Positions 8,885 through 17,790 of a stretch of 34,781 bases of DNA are shown here, one piece after another. Position numbers and translations under genes: made by a program. The stretch is from Bacteroidota bacterium. Its GTDB lineage: Bacteria; Bacteroidota; Bacteroidia; Bacteroidales; SZUA-534. The stretch's first letter is position 1; each line of letters opens with the position of its first letter. Location of the stretch: assembly GCA_020047835.1 (NCBI GenBank), contig JAIFNJ010000255.1, positions 1 through 34,781 of the forward strand. Direction: 5' to 3'. Under the pieces are notes generated by a model. It did no database searches. It was not told where the DNA came from and saw nothing but the letters and a program-made list of their open reading frames with translations.

Positions 8885-9052
8885 ATGGCTTATAAAATTT
8901 CTGAAGACTGCATAGCTTGTGGGACTTGTATCGCTGAATGTCCTGTAGAAGCTATCTCTGAAGGTGACATCTATGTAATTGACGCAAATACTTGTACCGA
9001 TTGCGGTACTTGTGCAGAAGTTTGCCCAGTAGAGGCGATTTCACCAGCATAG
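8885..9052 (+). CDS. 2x[4Fe-4S] ferredoxin (55 aa)
   Basis: Own translation: MAYKISEDCIACGTCIAECPVEAISEGDIYVIDANTCTDCGTCAEVCPVEAISPA*. It has two CxxCxxCxxxCP clusters. It is below the ORF-track size cutoff and is flanked by its own -7 box and an intrinsic terminator. Confidence 0.9.
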   Translation: MAYKISEDCIACGTCIAECPVEAISEGDIYVIDANTCTDCGTCAEVCPVEAISPA

Positions 9053-9073
9053 TAACTTTTCTTTTCAAAATTT

Positions 9074-9105
9074 AAAGCCCATAGATATTGGGCTTTTATT
9101 TTTTT
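9074..9105 (+). terminator. Rho-independent terminator after the ferredoxin gene
   Basis: Perfect 8-bp stem AAAGCCCA / TGGGCTTT (9074-9081 and 9089-9096) with a 7-nt loop, followed by TATTTTTTT. Confidence 0.8.
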
Positions 9106-9155
9106 ATTTAGTTGCAAATAGTAAATTAAATTCATAGTAACTTATTGATTTAATA

Positions 9156-9163
9156 TATATTTG
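9156..9163 (+). promoter_or_regulatory. -7 promoter box TATATTTG for the capD-like gene
   Basis: Exact TAnnTTTG match. It overlaps the TTG at 9161 used by the ORF track, so the ATG at 9200 is the likelier start. Confidence 0.45.
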
Positions 9164-9199
9164 TACACCTTATTTCATTGTGAATATTTATCAAGAATC

Positions 9200-11080
9200 A
9201 TGATCTTTAGCAAAAAATACACCCCACGTTGGATTGTTTTCTCAATTGATGTTTTAATATCTGTTGCCAGCATTAGCATAGCATACTTGCTTCGCTTTAA
9301 TTTTCAAATACCGGAAACTAATGTAGCCTCACTCTTCTTTATAATTCCCTTTGTTACCCTTATACGTATTGTAAGTTTTTTATTTGGGAAAACTTACGCT
9401 GGAATAGTCAGATATACCGGATTGAAAGATTCACAGCGTATTTTTATCACAATATTCTTTGGAAGCCTTTTTATAGTTCTAAGTAATTTTGTTAGTTATT
9501 TGTATATAACTCAAGCTTTCATTGTACCGCTTTCAATAGTCATTATCGACTTTTTAACTACTGTATTTTTCATGACTTCGCTTCGGTGGTTGGCGAAATC
9601 TATATTTTATGAGTTACAAACATCATCCATGCAATTGAAAAAAGCAGTGATTTATGGTACCAGCCCAGCTGCTTTGGTAGCAAAACAAACATTGGAACAA
9701 GACACGGCCTCGCGCTACAAAGTAGTGGCTTTTTTTGATGATGTTTCAAAACGAAGTCAAAAGCAGTTAGGTGGAACAAATATTTACCCCATTTCAACTA
9801 TCGAATCAATTATTTCAGCTGAAGATGTTCAATATATGATACTTGCCAAACCATTCAATTCAATTGAAGAAAAAACAAGCTTAATTGAATTGTGTTTGAA
9901 CAACAATGTCAGCGTTCTATCAGTTCCAAGTGTTGACAGTTGGATTAACGGTGAATTGAGTTCAAAGCAGATCAGGCAAATAAAAATTGAGGAATTATTG
10001 GAACGGGCTCCCATAATTTTGGATATCGCAAATATTGAAGTTCAGATTAAAAATAAAGTGGTGCTGATTACAGGCGCCGCTGGATCCATTGGCAGTGAAA
10101 TGGTTCGGCAATTAATAAGGTTTGAACCCAAAAACCTTATCTTGTTTGATCAAGCAGAAACCCCATTGTACGATATTGAAATGGAACTTCGGGAACAAAA
10201 ACAGTGTTTTAACTTTCAAGCCGTAATTGGTGATATTGCGGATCCAGTTAGAGTAGAGGAGATTTTCAAAAAGTTTACCCCTGAAATAGTTTTCCATGCA
10301 GCAGCTTATAAGCATGTTCCCATGATGGAAATCAATCCGGCTGAATCAATAAAAACCAATGTTTTTGGCACCCGTACCATTGCCGACATTTCCGTTAAAT
10401 ATGGAGTCAAAAAATTTGTGATGGTTTCAACCGATAAAGCCGTAAACCCAACCAATGTAATGGGGGCTTCAAAACGGTTAGCCGAGATATACATTCAGTC
10501 CTTAAACAAAACCACCAAAACTGCTTTTATCACCACCCGATTTGGAAACGTATTGGGTTCCAATGGAAGTGTGATACCTAGGTTCCGAAAACAAATTGAA
10601 GAAGGTGGCCCAATTACCGTAACACATCCGCAAATAACCCGTTATTTCATGACCATTCCGGAAGCATGTCAGTTGGTATTGGAAGCCGGAACGATGGGTA
10701 CCGGTGGCGAAATATTCATTTTTGATATGGGAAAATCAGTGAAGATTGTGGATCTGGCAAAAAAGATGATAAAACTATCAGGCCTTCAATTGGGAAAAGA
10801 CATTCAAATAAGCTTTACTGGTTTGCGCCCTGGTGAAAAGCTTTACGAGGAATTATTGGCCGACAAAGAGAATACCCTTCCAACCCATCATTCACAAATT
10901 ATGATTGCCAAAGTGAGGAATTACCCTTACGAAGAAGTAAAGGTGCAGATCCAGGAATTAATTGATTTGTTAAAAGATCCCGACCATTTGCAGATTGTGA
11001 ACCATATGAAACGGATTATCCCTGAATTTATCAGCCAAAACTCCATTTACGAGCAATTAGATAAACCGTTGGTGAAATAA
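9200..11080 (+). CDS. Membrane-anchored polysaccharide biosynthesis protein, CapD/WbpM/PglF-like NDP-sugar 4,6-dehydratase
   Basis: N-terminal 4-5 TM spans followed by two Rossmann regions, with VLITGAAGSIGSE and FHAAAYKHVPMME...VSTDKAVNPTNVMGASKR (the SYK-type SDR catalytic region). The ATG at 9200 (MIFSKKYTPRW) is preferred over TTG 9161. Confidence 0.88.
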   Translation: MIFSKKYTPRWIVFSIDVLISVASISIAYLLRFNFQIPETNVASLFFIIPFVTLIRIVSFLFGKTYAGIVRYTGLKDSQRIFITIFFGSLFIVLSNFVSYLYITQAFIVPLSIVIIDFLTTVFFMTSLRWLAKSIFYELQTSSMQLKKAVIYGTSPAALVAKQTLEQDTASRYKVVAFFDDVSKRSQKQLGGTNIYPISTIESIISAEDVQYMILAKPFNSIEEKTSLIELCLNNNVSVLSVPSVDSWINGELSSKQIRQIKIEELLERAPIILDIANIEVQIKNKVVLITGAAGSIGSEMVRQLIRFEPKNLILFDQAETPLYDIEMELREQKQCFNFQAVIGDIADPVRVEEIFKKFTPEIVFHAAAYKHVPMMEINPAESIKTNVFGTRTIADISVKYGVKKFVMVSTDKAVNPTNVMGASKRLAEIYIQSLNKTTKTAFITTRFGNVLGSNGSVIPRFRKQIEEGGPITVTHPQITRYFMTIPEACQLVLEAGTMGTGGEIFIFDMGKSVKIVDLAKKMIKLSGLQLGKDIQISFTGLRPGEKLYEELLADKENTLPTHHSQIMIAKVRNYPYEEVKVQIQELIDLLKDPDHLQIVNHMKRIIPEFISQNSIYEQLDKPLVK

Positions 11081-11341
11081 AAACTTACATTGTATTAATC
11101 TAACGTCAGTTCGATATAATCCAAAATGCAATAATAGCTCAACATTTTAAAATGGAAAGATGGAAAACTGGATATATTCGAGCTTAATAAATGAATTAAT
11201 TTCCAATTTTCTTCCATTATTCCAATTTTCCAAACTTCCTACGAGGTTTTAATAGCAACTTAGCTAATTTATAAGTGGTGAATAGCAATTTCGAACCAAC
11301 AATAATCTAGATATGAAATCCTCATAGGTTTTCTATGCATC

Positions 11342-11866
11342 TTATTCGTACAAATCAACAAGTCCTTCGGGAAGATTGAGGATGATGGTTTTTCGGGGTG
11401 CTTGAACCTCTTTTATAAAATCGATGTGCATGGGTACCAACAATTCTTTTTTCCCCTTCAAAATCACTATCAGGGGGTTGGTGGGGTTATCAATAATATC
11501 GATTATTTCGCCCAATTCTCCTTGAGTTGAATCAATAGCGTTAAAACCAATAAGGAGATGAGGTTTTGAGGTAAAATCAGATTCTTCGTATTCAAGTCCT
11601 TTAAGTGGGACATATAACGTGGAGCCAACAATTTTTTTTGCAGCCACTTCGGCATCTATCCAGAGGAATTTAATCCGAAACCGTTCAATGCTGATAGCTA
11701 CCCAGTCGTCAATAAAAAAAGGAACCAGCAATCCTTCTATTTCAAGAAATGCTGATTCCTCAATGTTTTCTATGATGTCAGGATTGTTTGTGTCAAGAAC
11801 TACTTCGCCATGAATTCCATGGACTTTAACTAAAGTTCCTACCAGCAAGCAATCCTCTTTTTGCAT
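11342..11866 (-). CDS. rimM: 16S rRNA processing protein RimM
   Basis: 174 aa with the start ...VGTLVKVHGIHGEVV... and a PRC-barrel-like C-terminus. It lies 9 nt downstream of rpsP, the classical rpsP-rimM arrangement. Confidence 0.85.
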   Translation of the reverse strand: MQKEDCLLVGTLVKVHGIHGEVVLDTNNPDIIENIEESAFLEIEGLLVPFFIDDWVAISIERFRIKFLWIDAEVAAKKIVGSTLYVPLKGLEYEESDFTSKPHLLIGFNAIDSTQGELGEIIDIIDNPTNPLIVILKGKKELLVPMHIDFIKEVQAPRKTIILNLPEGLVDLYE

Positions 11867-11875
11867 GCAATAGTT

Positions 11876-12454
11876 TTATTCTTCTGTTTTTTCCTCAATA
11901 GGTGCTTCGTTCTCTGCTCCAATTTCTGTTTCAACTTCAGCTTCAACCTCAGGTTCGTCAGCTTTACTTGTAGCCTTGGCAGCAGCTTTGGCAGCTTCAG
12001 CATTCTTTTCAGCAATAGCTTGTGCACGGTCGGTGCTCACCTTTTTCTCTGCAGCTAACTTTGTTTTATCCGTACTGTGTTTGTCAGATTTTAACTTATC
12101 AACTTTTGCTTGAATTTTGTTTGAGTTTTCAACCAACCATTTGCTGAATTTTTCTTCAGCAGCATTTTCGTCAAAAGCTCCTTTTTTCACCCCGTCTAAA
12201 AGGTGTTTTTTCATCAGTACTCCTTTGTACGATAAAATTGCTCTGGTGGTGTCAGATGGCTGAGCACCATTTTGAAGCCAATACAATGCCCGTTCGAAGT
12301 TAAGTTCAATAGTAGCAGGATTAGTGTTTGGGTTGTAATTTCCCAATCTTTCTATGAACTTACCATCGCGTGGTGCCCTGCTATCGGCTGCAACAATATG
12401 GTAATAAGCATTACGCTTTCTACCATGACGTGCTAATCGGATTCTTAAAGGCAT
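11876..12454 (-). CDS. rpsP: 30S ribosomal protein S16 with a long K/A/E-rich C-terminal extension
   Basis: The N-terminus [42 protein letters not shown] is canonical S16. About 100 extra low-complexity residues ([20 protein letters not shown]...) follow, as in other Bacteroidota. Confidence 0.93.
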   Translation of the reverse strand: MPLRIRLARHGRKRNAYYHIVAADSRAPRDGKFIERLGNYNPNTNPATIELNFERALYWLQNGAQPSDTTRAILSYKGVLMKKHLLDGVKKGAFDENAAEEKFSKWLVENSNKIQAKVDKLKSDKHSTDKTKLAAEKKVSTDRAQAIAEKNAEAAKAAAKATSKADEPEVEAEVETEIGAENEAPIEEKTEE

Positions 12455-12493
12455 AATTTAAATTTTAATTGTTACTAATTATTTTAGCGGCTG

Positions 12494-12501
12494 CAAATAT
12501 A
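12494..12501 (-). promoter_or_regulatory. -7 promoter box (TATATTTG on the minus strand) for rpsP-rimM
   Basis: The plus strand reads CAAATATA, the reverse complement of TAnnTTTG, 40 nt upstream of the rpsP ATG (12454). Confidence 0.5.
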
Positions 12502-12709
12502 GTACTTATTTTTAGAGAATCATTAATTTCAAATGCTTTTTATTATTGAATTTATCGCGAATTTGATTTTTTGATGTGATCTAATCATGAAAAAAAAAAG
12601 AAAATAATCAATTGGCAGCAAAGAATTAAACCTCACAATAACAAATAGTTAAGAAGGCCAGAGATAGAAATAATAATCAATTAAATGATAGGTTTCATTT
12701 TATGATGTT

Positions 12710-12735
12710 AAAAAAAAATTCAACGCTTGTTGAAT
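12710..12735 (-). terminator. Orphan intrinsic-terminator-like hairpin on the minus strand
   Basis: The minus strand reads ATTCAAC-AAGC-GTTGAAT followed by about nine T. The stem is 7 bp with only 2 GC pairs. There is no minus-strand gene upstream of it. Confidence 0.35.
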
Positions 12736-12859
12736 CCAAATTTTAATAGTAAGTTTGCCTCGCAAAATTTAGAAAGTAATCTAAATCGTTCTTTTTAGTG
12801 ACTGGAAAGAAATTTTTTAATTTTTCTTGATTATTTTTTTGGAAAATTAAATATTTAAT

Positions 12860-12867
12860 TACTTTTG
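12860..12867 (+). promoter_or_regulatory. -7 promoter box TACTTTTG for tRNA-Glu
   Basis: Exact TAnnTTTG match ending 17 nt before tRNA position 1. Confidence 0.5.
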
Positions 12868-12883
12868 CAGTCCGAAAACAAAC

Positions 12884-12955
12884 GCTCCGTTCGTCTAGGG
12901 GTTAGGACGCCAGGTTTTCATCCTGGTAGCAGGGGTTCGATTCCCCTACGGAGTA
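12884..12955 (+). tRNA. tRNA-Glu (anticodon UUC)
   Basis: Hand-folded cloverleaf: acceptor GCTCCGT/ACGGAGT, D arm GTCT-AGGGGTTA-GGAC, anticodon arm CCAGG-TT[TTC]AT-CCTGG, 4-nt variable loop, T arm AGGGG-TTCGATT-CCCCT, discriminator A. CCA is not encoded. The 1:72 pair is G:U. Confidence 0.9.
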
Positions 12956-12982
12956 CAAATAATACACTTTAGAATTAAAAAA

Positions 12983-13234
12983 ATGGCAAATCATCTATCA
13001 TCAAAAAAAAGGATACGTCAGAACGAAGAGCACCGGTTGCGCAATAAATATGTTGCTAAAACCGCACGTAATGCCGTGAGAGACATACGAGCTATCACTA
13101 CAAAAGCTGAAGCAGAAGCACTATTACCTAAAGTAACCTCAATGCTTGATAAATTGGTTAAAACAAATATAATTCATAAGAATAAAGCAGCTAATCTTAA
13201 ATCAGGTTTGGCCGTTCACATTAGCGGATTGTAA
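12983..13234 (+). CDS. rpsT: 30S ribosomal protein S20
   Basis: 83 aa. [33 protein letters not shown]... is a typical S20 N-terminus, basic and helical. Confidence 0.92.
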   Translation: MANHLSSKKRIRQNEEHRLRNKYVAKTARNAVRDIRAITTKAEAEALLPKVTSMLDKLVKTNIIHKNKAANLKSGLAVHISGL

Positions 13235-13254
13235 TTTTTACTAAAATATTTTTT

Positions 13255-13285
13255 AAACCCTGAGCATAGCCGTTCAGGGTTTTTT
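13255..13285 (+). terminator. Rho-independent terminator after rpsT
   Basis: 9-bp stem AAACCCTGA / TCAGGGTTT (13255-13263 and 13274-13282) running into a T tract. Confidence 0.8.
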
Positions 13286-13386
13286 CATTTATACCTCATG
13301 CATACAAAAGCAAATTAGTATTTTTCAAGTTTCCATGGTGCCAACTTATGCAAGTTTTTGTAGATTTACTTTAAAGCTAAAAACCC

Positions 13387-14079
13387 ATGAAAGAATACCA
13401 AAATCTGACAATAAAGCAATGGGCTGCCGAAGATAGGCCTCGCGAGAAGTTTTTAAAAAAAGGTATTTCCGCCTTATCGGATGCTGAATTGATTGCCATA
13501 TTGTTAGCTACTGGCACTAAAAATCTTTCGGCCGTTGATTTAGCAAAAAATATTTTAGCCAGTGCCGATAATAACCTACACTTATTAGGAAAAAAGAACG
13601 TTACCGATTTAAAAAAAATTTCGGGCATTGGCGAAGCGAAAGCAATTTCAATAATTGCTGCATTGGAAATCGGCAAACGCCGCAAACCTGATGAGATAGA
13701 GCAAAAAAAAGTAACTAGTAGCAACGTCGTATTTGAATTATTTCAACCCCTTTTGGGCGATTTGCCCCATGAAGAGTTTTGGGTGCTTTATTTAAGTCGC
13801 TCGAATCAGATTAAAGATAAGGAGAAAATTAGCTTGGGAGGCACCAGTGGAACTGTGATAGATGTTAAGATAATACTAAAATATGCCATTGAAAAGCTTG
13901 CCAGCGGACTTATTTTGGTGCATAACCATCCATCGGGGAATGTTCAACCGAGTGATAACGACCTTAAAATAACCGAAAAAATAAAAAATGCCGGATTATT
14001 AATGGATATTGCCACACTTGACCATATAATTATTGGTGACACCAAATATTATAGTTTTGCTGACGAAGGAATTCTTTAA
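13387..14079 (+). CDS. radC: RadC-family JAB/MPN domain protein (UPF0758)
   Basis: 230 aa with an N-terminal HhH region (LSDAELIAILLATGT...DLKKISGIGEAKAISIIAALEIGKR). The C-terminal JAMM motif is LILVHNHPSGNVQPSDNDLKITEK. Confidence 0.9.
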   Translation: MKEYQNLTIKQWAAEDRPREKFLKKGISALSDAELIAILLATGTKNLSAVDLAKNILASADNNLHLLGKKNVTDLKKISGIGEAKAISIIAALEIGKRRKPDEIEQKKVTSSNVVFELFQPLLGDLPHEEFWVLYLSRSNQIKDKEKISLGGTSGTVIDVKIILKYAIEKLASGLILVHNHPSGNVQPSDNDLKITEKIKNAGLLMDIATLDHIIIGDTKYYSFADEGIL

Positions 14080-14111
14080 CTGTAAGGAAATAGTACTTAA
14101 TCCGGCACGAA

Positions 14112-17100
14112 TCAAATCTCATCTATAAACAAAGGCAACGACACAAAGAATGAAGTTCCCTTGTTTAATTCCGACTGGAACCAAATGGCTCCACCAAATT
14201 CTTCTACAATATTTTTCACAATGGCCAGCCCCAATCCGGTACCACTGCTTTTAGTGGTAAAATTAGGCTGAAAAAGTTTATTTGCCATTTCGGGGGCAAT
14301 TCCTGCTCCATTATCCTTTATTTCAACAACTACGCTTTGTTCTGATGTAATAAGTTGTATTGAAATTTGCCCCTGCTCATTTTTTGGAATGGATTGAATG
14401 GCGTTTTTAATCAGATTGTTAAATACCTGAAGCATACGTTCATTATCGGCATTTACATAAATAGCTTCTTCTTCATTAAAATTGCATGTTACTTGAGCAA
14501 AAGAGCATTCTTTAAAAAGATGGGCACTTTGTAAAATTCGCTCGTTGAGGTTCACTTTTTCAGAACGGGCTTTTGGCATTTGTGCAAATTGCGAAAAAGC
14601 AGAGGCAATGGATGATAGGCTGTCAATTTGTTCAATCAGGTTTCCAGCAAAACGGTTAAATCGATCATTAAAATCGGAATCGTTATTCTTCCATGAAAGT
14701 TCTAAAAGCTGAATATTAAGCTTCATGGGAGTTAACGGATTTTTAATTTCATGGGCTATTTGCTGAGCCATTTCGCGCCAGGCCGATTCCCGTTCCGATT
14801 TTGCCAGCATTTGGGTGCTGTTATCCAATTCTTCCAACATCCGGTTATACTCATAAACAAGTTCCGCAATTTCATCCTTCCCTTGATATTCAATTCGTTC
14901 GTTTTCTTTGCGCAAATCAATTTTGCTAATCCTCTGTTGAAGCAACCGCAAGGGCTCTGTAATTCTGCTCGACATATAAAAAGCAATAACAATGCTTAGT
15001 ATAATTAACAATGCATAAATATTAATTACCGCCACAACAACCCCTAAAAGCTCTTGCTTAAATGCACTTTCTTTTGAAAAATAGGGAAGATTCAAATAGG
15101 CTAATAAACGTCCATCAGCACTTATAAATGGCACATAACCCGAATAATAATGCAAGTTTCCAATATCCTCCTTATGCACAATTCTGGCTTTTTTATTTAT
15201 AACCAGTTCCCGGTAAGCCTCGGCATTCATTTTGGTACTGGTTAATTGACGCTCAAATATTTCATTCCGCGAAGTGGCTACCAAATTTCCCCTTAAATCG
15301 TATAAATTAATATCGGTATAAATTACATTGGAAAATTTTACCAATAAATTATTCAGATAATCCGGCGGAATTTGGTCAATGCTCTTATAAATTGCCAGTT
15401 TGGTTTCAATTTCAACTAATATGGATTGTAACTTCTCGCTCAACATATCGGTTTGCCCTTTTTCAAACTGCCGATAGGTATAAAATATGGTTCCTCCCCC
15501 TACAAATACCAGTGAAATGAGCAAAATAACAATCATGCTGTAAACAATTTTATTTTTTATGCTCCAGGTAAAATTTACTATCGGTGTAAGGCGGTTGCCC
15601 ATAATAAGCAGCAGGATAGTAAGAACAAATAAAAAGAAATAGATGTAAGTAAAAGATATTAAAATATGGTGAAACCGGATGGTTGGGAAACTAACAATTA
15701 CGGTGTTCTTTTCATCGGAATTGTATAACAGATGATCAAATCCTTCCGACTGAAAAAATGCAAATTCAGTTTGGTTAAACCGGTAAATGGACCGTTCGAA
15801 TGCATACGGAAAACTTCCGGAGCGAACCAGTAATTTATTGTCAGCATATTTTGCATAATTCAAGTTGTGGTAATTCTTATAAAGCTGCAACGGTTTTTCA
15901 AGCAACAATTCCGGATAACCCAACACCTCAAAATTTGGTTTTGAAGTAAGCTCAAGATAAAGCATCACATCATCCCAACCTTGCTTTAAGTCAATTTGAA
16001 AACTTAAAAAGTAGTTAACCCCTCCATTCCTACTTTTAAGATAATAGAGCCCGGGAATATTGGTGGGAGTACCACTCTGATTGACCATTTCTTTAAAAAA
16101 CCCGAAACAATACTCCCATTCCTGATTGGGTTCGTTCAACAGAACGCTGTCTTTTGAATTACAGATGGTTAATTGAAAGCTATACCTGCCCAAATATCCG
16201 GTAAAATATTCACCTTGAAGGTAATTACTCAAATCGCTAAAGTTGAATAATTCCGATTGAAGCATGCGGGAAATAACCGAATCATTTTTTACTTTATCAA
16301 TTAATTCACTTAATACCAATTCAGCTACCGGATCCTGTTCGCGAGCTAAATTCACTGCCAGCACTTTGCTCTCCTCAATCCGTTTAATAAAATTCTCTTT
16401 TCTAATAAAATAAGTTGCATAGCCAGCAAACAAAGCCAGGAGAATAACCATAGAGCCAAATCCTGGTTGCCGTTTCAAACGGATAACCATCCAATAAATA
16501 AGTACCATTGCTACAAAAATAATGGAGATGAGGTATTCCCTTCCATAAAAAAATAGCAAAAATATAGTACCCAAAAAAGCCAATCCAGCAATAAAATAAT
16601 ACCCGGAATTATGGATAATGGCACTTTTAATTTGATAAAGAGCTTTATCAAATAATAATAAAAAGCCAACAAATAAAACGATCAGTACAAAGTATCCAAT
16701 AAAACTGAAGACTGAAAGATTTAATACATCATAAGCCTCGTACTGAAAATTTGAATCCACAATAAGATGCTTGAAAATATGCTGTGCCAGCAGCAAGTAT
16801 ACTGAAATAAAAATAATCCACGATAAAGAAATTAAGTATTTAGTGGCAGTTGGAAATTCCTTTATCTTTTTGAGATTAACTTTTGAATAAAAAATAAAGA
16901 TAAGACTCACCAATAAGGTAACCGAAATCATCAAATCACCCAGTGAGGGAAAGAAACCGGAATAAGCAAAAATCTCGGGTTGAAATAAGGGCAACTTATC
17001 AAAAAAAGAAGGAATCCTAAACCACTGCAACCAAACCCTAACTCCAATTAGAAAAGCAGAAAATAAAAGAAATTGCAAAAAAGAGAATTTTCTGTTCTTA

Positions 17101-17783
17101 AAAATATCACGGGCAAAAAGTAACAGAAAAAAAGCTGCTATAAGCAAAACAATGGAAATAACATTCTCTTTTTGAACAGAATTAATTAAAAAATCTTCCT
17201 TGAGGCTAAATAAATAGTCCCCTTCCTTATTCTTTACCATTGAATTTCCTGACTCTTCATCAACCAGTAAAGCAAAAGAATTGGAAATAGGAAACGAGTT
17301 GTGAAATTCATTCTTTAAAAACTCATTTTCAAACGGATAATCGGTTGCTACCTGAATTAAAGCAACACTTTTGGCATTGCTGGAGTTTTTAGTGCGCACT
17401 TCTGCTAATACATTGCCCATGCGTTGAAAAGGCTCATCTAACCAAAAGGTATCTTGAGGAACGGCCACCGAGTTATTGGTCCAATAAACCAACTGGTTTT
17501 CCTGATAAATATAAAGTATAATACCTTCATCTTTGAAGTAAAAATCAATGGTATGGCTATTGGCGTTAACCCATTCCGAAAAGGTTTCATCCTCAACTTT
17601 CGATAAAAGAGTATCCATTAATTGATCAGCAATCCATTCTTTTTGGTGCAATAAGTCAATTAATGTTCGGGTAGCTGATGTATTGTTATGCAAAACAACG
17701 TTGGGTTTATTCAAAACCCAACCTAATGCCAGCAAAGCAAAAAACAATATTAGATAGATATAATTCTTAAGCAGTTGGCGCAT
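14112..17783 (-). CDS. Large polytopic sensor histidine kinase (about 12 TM, several extracytoplasmic or soluble sensor regions, HAMP-HisKA-HATPase_c); no receiver domain
   Basis: H-box AHEIKNPLTPM, N-box NLIKNAIQS, G1 DNGAGI, G2 SGTGLGLAIV. Hydrophobic spans by eye lie at about aa 9-27, eight between about 210-462, two at about 708-772 and one at about 915-940. The ATG at 17783 (MRQLLKNY) is preferred over the track's TTG at 17789. Confidence 0.88.
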   Translation of the reverse strand: MRQLLKNYIYLILFFALLALGWVLNKPNVVLHNNTSATRTLIDLLHQKEWIADQLMDTLLSKVEDETFSEWVNANSHTIDFYFKDEGIILYIYQENQLVYWTNNSVAVPQDTFWLDEPFQRMGNVLAEVRTKNSSNAKSVALIQVATDYPFENEFLKNEFHNSFPISNSFALLVDEESGNSMVKNKEGDYLFSLKEDFLINSVQKENVISIVLLIAAFFLLLFARDIFKNRKFSFLQFLLFSAFLIGVRVWLQWFRIPSFFDKLPLFQPEIFAYSGFFPSLGDLMISVTLLVSLIFIFYSKVNLKKIKEFPTATKYLISLSWIIFISVYLLLAQHIFKHLIVDSNFQYEAYDVLNLSVFSFIGYFVLIVLFVGFLLLFDKALYQIKSAIIHNSGYYFIAGLAFLGTIFLLFFYGREYLISIIFVAMVLIYWMVIRLKRQPGFGSMVILLALFAGYATYFIRKENFIKRIEESKVLAVNLAREQDPVAELVLSELIDKVKNDSVISRMLQSELFNFSDLSNYLQGEYFTGYLGRYSFQLTICNSKDSVLLNEPNQEWEYCFGFFKEMVNQSGTPTNIPGLYYLKSRNGGVNYFLSFQIDLKQGWDDVMLYLELTSKPNFEVLGYPELLLEKPLQLYKNYHNLNYAKYADNKLLVRSGSFPYAFERSIYRFNQTEFAFFQSEGFDHLLYNSDEKNTVIVSFPTIRFHHILISFTYIYFFLFVLTILLLIMGNRLTPIVNFTWSIKNKIVYSMIVILLISLVFVGGGTIFYTYRQFEKGQTDMLSEKLQSILVEIETKLAIYKSIDQIPPDYLNNLLVKFSNVIYTDINLYDLRGNLVATSRNEIFERQLTSTKMNAEAYRELVINKKARIVHKEDIGNLHYYSGYVPFISADGRLLAYLNLPYFSKESAFKQELLGVVVAVINIYALLIILSIVIAFYMSSRITEPLRLLQQRISKIDLRKENERIEYQGKDEIAELVYEYNRMLEELDNSTQMLAKSERESAWREMAQQIAHEIKNPLTPMKLNIQLLELSWKNNDSDFNDRFNRFAGNLIEQIDSLSSIASAFSQFAQMPKARSEKVNLNERILQSAHLFKECSFAQVTCNFNEEEAIYVNADNERMLQVFNNLIKNAIQSIPKNEQGQISIQLITSEQSVVVEIKDNGAGIAPEMANKLFQPNFTTKSSGTGLGLAIVKNIVEEFGGAIWFQSELNKGTSFFVSLPLFIDEI

Positions 17784-17790
17784 AGTCAAT

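Noticed and set aside
11839-12058. Track ORFs 11839..12027 (-) and 11861..12058 (+) with K/L- or F/C-rich products.
   Set aside because: They are alternative-frame and antisense reads of the repetitive GCAGC/TTCAGC low-complexity DNA that encodes the S16 K/A/E tail.
13377-13724. 115-aa minus-strand ORF overlapping radC. Similar internal ORFs occur at 20125..20520 (in the yihY-family gene), 14751..14999 and 14756..14992 (in the kinase), 26321..26786 (in the regulator and kinase), 28388..29168 and 29978..30244 (in mutL and the first rhomboid gene), and 33514..33768 and 33546..33761 (in the PKD gene).
   Set aside because: Each is fully nested in or antisense to a gene with strong family motifs. 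None shows motifs of its own.
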